From a virus (taxonomy: Duplodnaviria; Caudoviricetes): DNA of 64,000 nucleotides. The position numbers and the translations under genes were made by a program. The stretch lies in IMG/VR virus record IMGVR_UViG_3300014204_000189, positions 409 through 64,408 of that record. One strand, written 5' to 3'. Positions 58,971 through 64,000 of this stretch are shown here, in pieces. Every line of letters begins with the position of its first letter. Within the stretch, counting starts at the first letter, position 1. Under the pieces are notes generated by a model, which did no database searches, was not told where the DNA came from, and saw nothing but the letters and a program-made list of their open reading frames with translations.

Positions 58971-59320
58971 AGTTCAGCGATCTGGTCACTGCGTTTGTAA
59001 TCAAGAAGGATTCCGAGAAGGTCAGGCGGAACACCCACGACGACTTCAACCTGGGCCCAGGCTGGTACTACCTTGGCGGCCACTGGCCTGACGGCAAGCC
59101 CGGCCGAGACGACTGGACCAGTGTATGGGGCGAGGTTCAGCACGCCCAGTGCGTCGCAGCCGCCCCAGCCATGTGTGTTGGATTGGGCTGCATCGAGTTC
59201 ACCCGCGTGGGCACCAAGATCCACGCCATCGCTCGGGACCGACGGTTTCTGAGCCAACACGATTTCGGGGAGATCGAGGATCTCCCGGCGGAACTTCAGT
59301 TCATTATTCGCGAAAGGTAG
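58967..59320 (+). CDS. Hypothetical protein
   Basis: AGGAGG RBS. Confidence 0.7.
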   Translation: MKFSDLVTAFVIKKDSEKVRRNTHDDFNLGPGWYYLGGHWPDGKPGRDDWTSVWGEVQHAQCVAAAPAMCVGLGCIEFTRVGTKIHAIARDRRFLSQHDFGEIEDLPAELQFIIRER

Positions 59321-59322
59321 TC

Positions 59323-59682
59323 ATGCAGACCAAGACGATCCACGTTCCCGAGACGTTCGAGGACCTCCAGGCGCTGATGATCATGGCACAGAAGCCAGCG
59401 CCCGCCGGACAGCTCAAGATTCGCATCGCGATGCCCAGCTACCTGTCGTCCCGTGTGATGATCACCGGGGAGGATCGAGAGCTGGTCGAATTGGACAAAA
59501 ACCAGCGGTGGGATGCTGGCGAGTTCGTGCGATGGCTGGGCAAGCAAGCCGGGCTGGAGCTGCAGCTGCCCGGCGAAGAAGAGGAGGAGCAGGAGGAAGA
59601 GGATGCGGACGACGAGGGGGAGGAAGAGGAAACTCCGCCGCGCAAGAAGCCACCGTTCCCACCGTCCAAGGGCCGCCGGTAG
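59323..59682 (+). CDS. Hypothetical protein with acidic tail
   Basis: AAAGG RBS. Confidence 0.7.
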   Translation: MQTKTIHVPETFEDLQALMIMAQKPAPAGQLKIRIAMPSYLSSRVMITGEDRELVELDKNQRWDAGEFVRWLGKQAGLELQLPGEEEEEQEEEDADDEGEEEETPPRKKPPFPPSKGRR

Positions 59683-59698
59683 TCCCCAATCAGTGCAA

Positions 59699-59730
59699 GG
59701 GTTGGTGCAGTACATGTACTGCACCAACCC
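59699..59730. repeat. Perfect 32-bp palindrome
   Basis: GGGTTGGTGCAGTACA|TGTACTGCACCAACCC. Confidence 0.95.
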
Positions 59731-59996
59731 GGACGGGGTCTGACTGATTCAGGCGGACCATCCACCTTTCACTGAGAACCCCAAAGGCGTCAGGCCGAGC
59801 TGAGCGAAGCGAAGCGCAGGCCAACAGGAAGCGAGGAGGGTACCGACGAGATTCCAGGGATGGAGTCACGAAGTGACGTAATCCCTTAGCTTATAGAGTG
59901 TATGCTAACTGGGGACTAATTATTCTTACGGCGGGCCCTCTGGTAGAATTATTTGACTGAGGGTATAACTTACCCTGTTTAGAGAAAGGAGCCTAT

Positions 59997-61007
59997 GTGA
60001 CTGAGGTGCAACAGTACCCCTGGCACGACTACAAAATCACCAAGGTCTTCGGCTGTGAAGTGGACAAGGCGGAGCGGTTTGCGATCTCCAATTTGTTCCC
60101 CAAACCCGCCGAGGCTGAGGCTGTCGACGACATGCCCGACAAGTTGGTGGTGATGCAGGCCGCAATGCGGCACATTCAGGATCGCTGGCGGGGTCGGATG
60201 AACGCTTTGCGGGCGTCCGGCTGGAAGCGGTTCTCCAAGGGCAAGGAGTGGCTCTTTGCGCAGACCTGCCCGCCGGTCACGGTGAAGACCAACAAGCCGT
60301 TGCGGGTGTGCCACGAGTACCTGATCTGCCCCTTCTGTTGGACACGCTACTACGCTCGGGAGCTGTTCGGCCGGGTGGAGTTCGCGATGTACGGTTCCAA
60401 CCGGGTGAGCTATCTGGACGCCGCGTCGCGGCAGCTCCAGGAGTACCAGCCGGTGTTCGTGGACTTGGTGACCGTCGTCACGAAGTGGTGGTACCCCGTC
60501 GCCAAGTACACCGTGGAAGATCGCTTCCGGGAGATCCAGAAGCACCGTTCGCGGTTTCTGGACCAGAGTCTGCCCAACGAGGGTGCCTTTGCGCTGTGGA
60601 CGATTGAGCCCGACCAGATCAACGAGGGTCGCGAGTGGGCCTGGCTGGTGACCCAGCGTGTGTTGGCCCTGATCAACCCCGGTCAGGAGGATCCGCCGCG
60701 GAATGTGGTGGATGACGACGTGCACTGCACGCGAAACGTGTCGCGGTACGCTGGGGCGACACGCAAGAACTCGGTTCCGGCCGTGGGGCAGGTGTGCCTA
60801 TATCCGGCGGGATTGCTGCGAGGTCCGGCGGAAATGGTTCTTCAAATTCTCAAGGCACGCTACACTGACGCCGACTGGGCTGGCGTGGCCGAGGGGAAAT
60901 ATCCACAGCGGGGCGGTGTGCGGATGTCCTCCTACTATGGTGCACTGCGTAACCGGGAGAAGCGGTTGCGTGGGGTTGCGTCAGCGTTGCCCCGAGAAGA
61001 ACCATGA
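59997..61007 (+). CDS. Hypothetical protein, possibly a degenerate rolling-circle Rep-like fold
   Basis: AAAGGAG RBS; CHEYLICPFCW; C-terminal RMSSYYGALR; no intact HUH. Confidence 0.6.
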   Translation: MTEVQQYPWHDYKITKVFGCEVDKAERFAISNLFPKPAEAEAVDDMPDKLVVMQAAMRHIQDRWRGRMNALRASGWKRFSKGKEWLFAQTCPPVTVKTNKPLRVCHEYLICPFCWTRYYARELFGRVEFAMYGSNRVSYLDAASRQLQEYQPVFVDLVTVVTKWWYPVAKYTVEDRFREIQKHRSRFLDQSLPNEGAFALWTIEPDQINEGREWAWLVTQRVLALINPGQEDPPRNVVDDDVHCTRNVSRYAGATRKNSVPAVGQVCLYPAGLLRGPAEMVLQILKARYTDADWAGVAEGKYPQRGGVRMSSYYGALRNREKRLRGVASALPREEP

Positions 61008-61034
61008 TTTTACGCACGTACGGAGAATTGGACC

Positions 61035-61307
61035 GTGACCGAGTTGACCGCATCGCAGACCGAGCTGTTGTCGAGCCCCTTGAGTGTGTTGGAAAAGCTG
61101 ACGGTGCGTACCATCAACACGTTGGAGAAAAACCAGATCCTCACGGTGCGGGATCTACTGATGACTCGTCCCGAAACGATCCTCTGTTTCGCCAACGTCG
61201 GCGAAAAGACTTTGGAGGAGATTTACGCGGCACTGGCTGAGCACGGCTTCGTCCGTGCAAAGAAAGGAAGATCCCATGGCAGCGGACGAGAAGCCCCGCT
61301 TTCGTGA
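61035..61307 (+). CDS. Stand-alone RNA polymerase alpha-subunit CTD-like protein
   Basis: LTVRTINTLEKNQILTVRDLL...FANVGEKTLEEI matches RpoA CTD pattern LTVRSANCL...NLGKKSLTEI. Confidence 0.85.
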   Translation: MTELTASQTELLSSPLSVLEKLTVRTINTLEKNQILTVRDLLMTRPETILCFANVGEKTLEEIYAALAEHGFVRAKKGRSHGSGREAPLS

Positions 61308-61833
61308 AACCTCTCGCCAGGCATTCCTGGCCGTCATCAACAGCTTGACGTTTGCTCGATGCTGTCAAGCATGTGCGGCGGGTGCGTTCCAGGTTGTCCT
61401 GTCGCACCCCGAGGATGCTCGGTTCACGCGGCAGGAGATTGCCAAGTTCACCAACGACACCAACGATAGCATCAGTCGTCGCTGCATCGACTTGGTCGAG
61501 ATGGGTGTGTTTCGCGAGAACGGCACGCGGTTCAACAAGCAGGCGGACGGGACGGACGGCCACGAGGCCACCGCCTATGAGTTCACCGGGGAGTGGGGAG
61601 CCAAGGGCCAGCGGCCCTACAAGCGGGCGGTCACCAAGATCGCGCCGAGCGAAGCGCTCTCTCGTCTCATTGTCGAGGTTCGCAAGGTCGCCACGGAAGC
61701 TGGCGAGGTGTCGGTCCAGGATGGCCTGGGCGTAGCGGTAGTCGCTTTGGCCGGGCTCGTGCAGAACCTGGAATACTATGCCAAGGAGGCGGAGGAGCGG
61801 CGTCCCCGCACTCCGGAAGAAACGCATGGCTGA
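61276..61833 (+). CDS. Winged-helix-like protein
   Basis: FTRQEIAKFTNDTNDSISRRCIDLVEMGVFRENGTR. Confidence 0.6.
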   Translation: MAADEKPRFRETSRQAFLAVINSLTFARCCQACAAGAFQVVLSHPEDARFTRQEIAKFTNDTNDSISRRCIDLVEMGVFRENGTRFNKQADGTDGHEATAYEFTGEWGAKGQRPYKRAVTKIAPSEALSRLIVEVRKVATEAGEVSVQDGLGVAVVALAGLVQNLEYYAKEAEERRPRTPEETHG

Positions 61834-62329
61834 CCGATCCCGGCCTGAACATCCTCTCATGTGTGCTCACGACGATGGCACGTTCAGTGTGAGCATGCGT
61901 CTCACACGGGGGGAACTCAACAGGATCACGCAAGGCTCTGTACTGATCACGGGGCTGGCGACACTGCCCGACGATGACGCGGCGCCCATCGACGTGTTTG
62001 TTGGGTCTTTGCTGGTCGCGTACTTCGATCCCAAACACAATTCGCCTTCCGAGGTGGCCAATCGCATCGGGCGGTTTGCCGTCGACAACGAGATCATCCA
62101 GGGTTCCTACCTCATGGTGGAGTTGGACTGGAACGCCCGTCGCTTGCTCTACGACGATCAGATCGCCACCTTCTCGCCGTCGACTGCGGCCGCCATGATT
62201 CTGGGTCCGTACTGGGCCAGGCTTCGCGACTACATTCTCGTGTACGCGGAAGACGTGGCCGATCAGGTGGCGGCGATGCGGCGGCGTTACCCCGGAATAC
62301 CCGCGCAGCTGGAGGAGAAAAGACAGTGA
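61826..62329 (+). CDS. Hypothetical protein
   Basis: Coupled ORF from ATG 61826. Confidence 0.6.
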   Translation: MADRSRPEHPLMCAHDDGTFSVSMRLTRGELNRITQGSVLITGLATLPDDDAAPIDVFVGSLLVAYFDPKHNSPSEVANRIGRFAVDNEIIQGSYLMVELDWNARRLLYDDQIATFSPSTAAAMILGPYWARLRDYILVYAEDVADQVAAMRRRYPGIPAQLEEKRQ

Positions 62330-62523
62330 AGTTTCACGTGTACTCGCCCGTTTTGGAAGCGTACGTCGCCATGGACCTCGCCAGCCGCACGGAGGCCGCG
62401 AAGTTCATCGGCAATTACCCCGACAGGCAGGAAGCCAAGCAAATGACAGTAGTTCTCGCATCTGAGGCACCTCATGTCCCGTCGTCAAACCCAGCAGGGT
62501 TTCCCCGCCTGGCCCGGTTCTAA
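62326..62523 (+). CDS. Small hypothetical protein
   Basis: GTGA overlap, GGAGGAG RBS. Confidence 0.5.
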   Translation: MKFHVYSPVLEAYVAMDLASRTEAAKFIGNYPDRQEAKQMTVVLASEAPHVPSSNPAGFPRLARF

Positions 62524-62851
62524 ATCGGGCATCGGCTTCTCTCAACGCGTCGGCCCTTACACAGGGGTCGACTTCGATCGAACGATCGAGTTCTCCAACG
62601 GGCGGAAGTTCCGCATCATCACGTACCAGGCCTACAACGCGTGTGGGCTCATTGGTTCCGAGTACAACGGAGTGGCGATCCTGGACGAGGATCAGCACCG
62701 GGTACTGTGTGACAACATCGCAGCGGAGAGCACGGGGTACAACGGCGTGTCCCGGCGGCAGTGGAAAGAAGCCATCCGCATCTGTCGCATGCCTTGGGAG
62801 CATTTCGAGGCCTTCGTCGACACCAACCCGCGGAAAAGATATTCGCTATGA
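62474..62851 (+). CDS. Hypothetical protein
   Basis: GAGG RBS, 125 aa. Confidence 0.65.
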   Translation: MSRRQTQQGFPAWPGSKSGIGFSQRVGPYTGVDFDRTIEFSNGRKFRIITYQAYNACGLIGSEYNGVAILDEDQHRVLCDNIAAESTGYNGVSRRQWKEAIRICRMPWEHFEAFVDTNPRKRYSL

Positions 62852-64000
62852 GTGAAACACGGCAGCTCCAGATGCACCCCCAAACTGCTGCTGGATGTGA
62901 TCCAGCGGCAGGCGGGGACGCTGGCCAAGGCGATGCTGGAAGGCGCGATGAACGCCGACGACGCACGGGCCAAGCACTGCACGATGACGCTTAACGAGAC
63001 GGTCCTCACGATTGAGGACGACGGCACCGGCTTTCGCAGCCGCGAGGAGATCGAGACCTTCTTCGAGGTTTTTGGCCAGCCCCACAACGAGAAGGAGGAG
63101 AAGAAGTACGGCACGTTCCGCATGGGACGCGGCCAACTCTTCGCCTTCGGCAAGAATGTGTGGCGGTCGGGCGACTGGAAGATGACCGTGGATGTGAAGA
63201 CCACGGGGCTGAACTACGTCCTGGCCAAGCTCAAGCAACCCGTCAAGGGCTGCCGGATTGAGGTCACGCTCTACCAGCCTCTGTTGCTGGTCCAGCATGC
63301 CGAGACAGTTCGCGAGGTAGAGAACCTGGTCAAGTGGATGACCCTGCCGATTACGTTGAATGGCAAGCCGATCTCCAAGGACCCAGCCAAGTCCAAGTGG
63401 GATCACGAGAGCGACAACTGTTATCTGAAGCTGACGGCGACGGGCGACTTCCGGGCCTACAACCTGGGTGCGTTCATTCGTTCCTATAGCGGGTTCCACT
63501 TCGGTTGCGGGGGCGAAGTCGTCTCCAAGAAGCAGCTCAAGGTGAACTTCGCTCGAAACGATGTGATGGCCGACTGCCCAATTTGGCAGGAGGTCAAGGC
63601 GCATGTCCGCCGTCAGTCGGGGCAGCTCGTGCGGAGCAAGCCCCTCAACGACAGCGGCCGCAAGCACCTGGCTGACCAGTTTCGCTTTGGCGAGGTCGAC
63701 TACGAGGCTATTGCCAGCAAGAAGTTGCTCACCGACGTCAGTGGGCGTCACTGGACGCCGCACGAGTTTGGCAACTGTTACCGGCGGTACAACAAGCGGC
63801 TGAGCGTGACCAAGGACGGCAACCGGCTGGGCGACAAGCTGCACCAAGCCAGGATGGCTTTCATTCTGGGGCAGTCCACATTGGATCGGTGGGAGATGGG
63901 CACAGTCGAGGATCTGTTGAAGCTTTTCACAGGCGTCGATGTGCAGCGGTGGAGGTACAAGTTTAACTCGGTGTGGACTGTGACGCCGTTCGCTGACCTC
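62848..64000 (+). CDS. GHKL (HSP90/MutL-like) ATPase-domain protein, runs past window end (not in ORF track)
   Basis: Manual translation: MSETRQLQMHPKLLLDVIQRQAGTLAKAMLEGAMNADDA...IEDDGTGF...KKYGTFRMG (Bergerat-fold N, G1, G2 boxes). Confidence 0.8.

Noticed and set aside
1820-63847. Long antisense ORFs (e.g. 1820-3640, 23864-26107, 52619-54022, 62846-63847)
   Set aside because: Shadow frames of GC-rich genes that have clear motifs on the opposite strand

Overview
A 64-kb segment of a GC-rich, large (jumbo-like) myovirus genome, almost all on the + strand. 1-39.2 kb is a contractile-tail morphogenesis module: sheath (partial), tube, VgrG/gp5-like spike, two chaperone ORFs joined by a likely -1 frameshift, tape measure, hub, gp25-like and J-like baseplate proteins, Cys-rich paralogous tail proteins and two collagen-like fibres. 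Embedded in it are a sigma-70-like factor, a separately promoted cassette (secreted proteins, a trypsin-like protease and three paralogous Gln/Ala-rich helical proteins), a papain-like peptidase and two glycosyltransferases. At 39.24-39.89 kb there is a ~640-nt ORF-free, densely base-paired region between a -10 box and a terminator-like hairpin; this is a candidate novel large ncRNA and the most striking feature. 40-64 kb holds many small accessory genes, a gp88-like protein, a primase-like protein, the terminase large subunit (- strand), RNase H, a palindrome/hairpin element next to a Rep-like gene, a stand-alone RNAP alpha-CTD and a truncated GHKL ATPase. Host is possibly Planctomycetota (inference from secreted-protein style). 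No tRNA, rRNA, CRISPR array, integrase or transposase was recognised. All calls are by-eye motif recognition; no searches were run.
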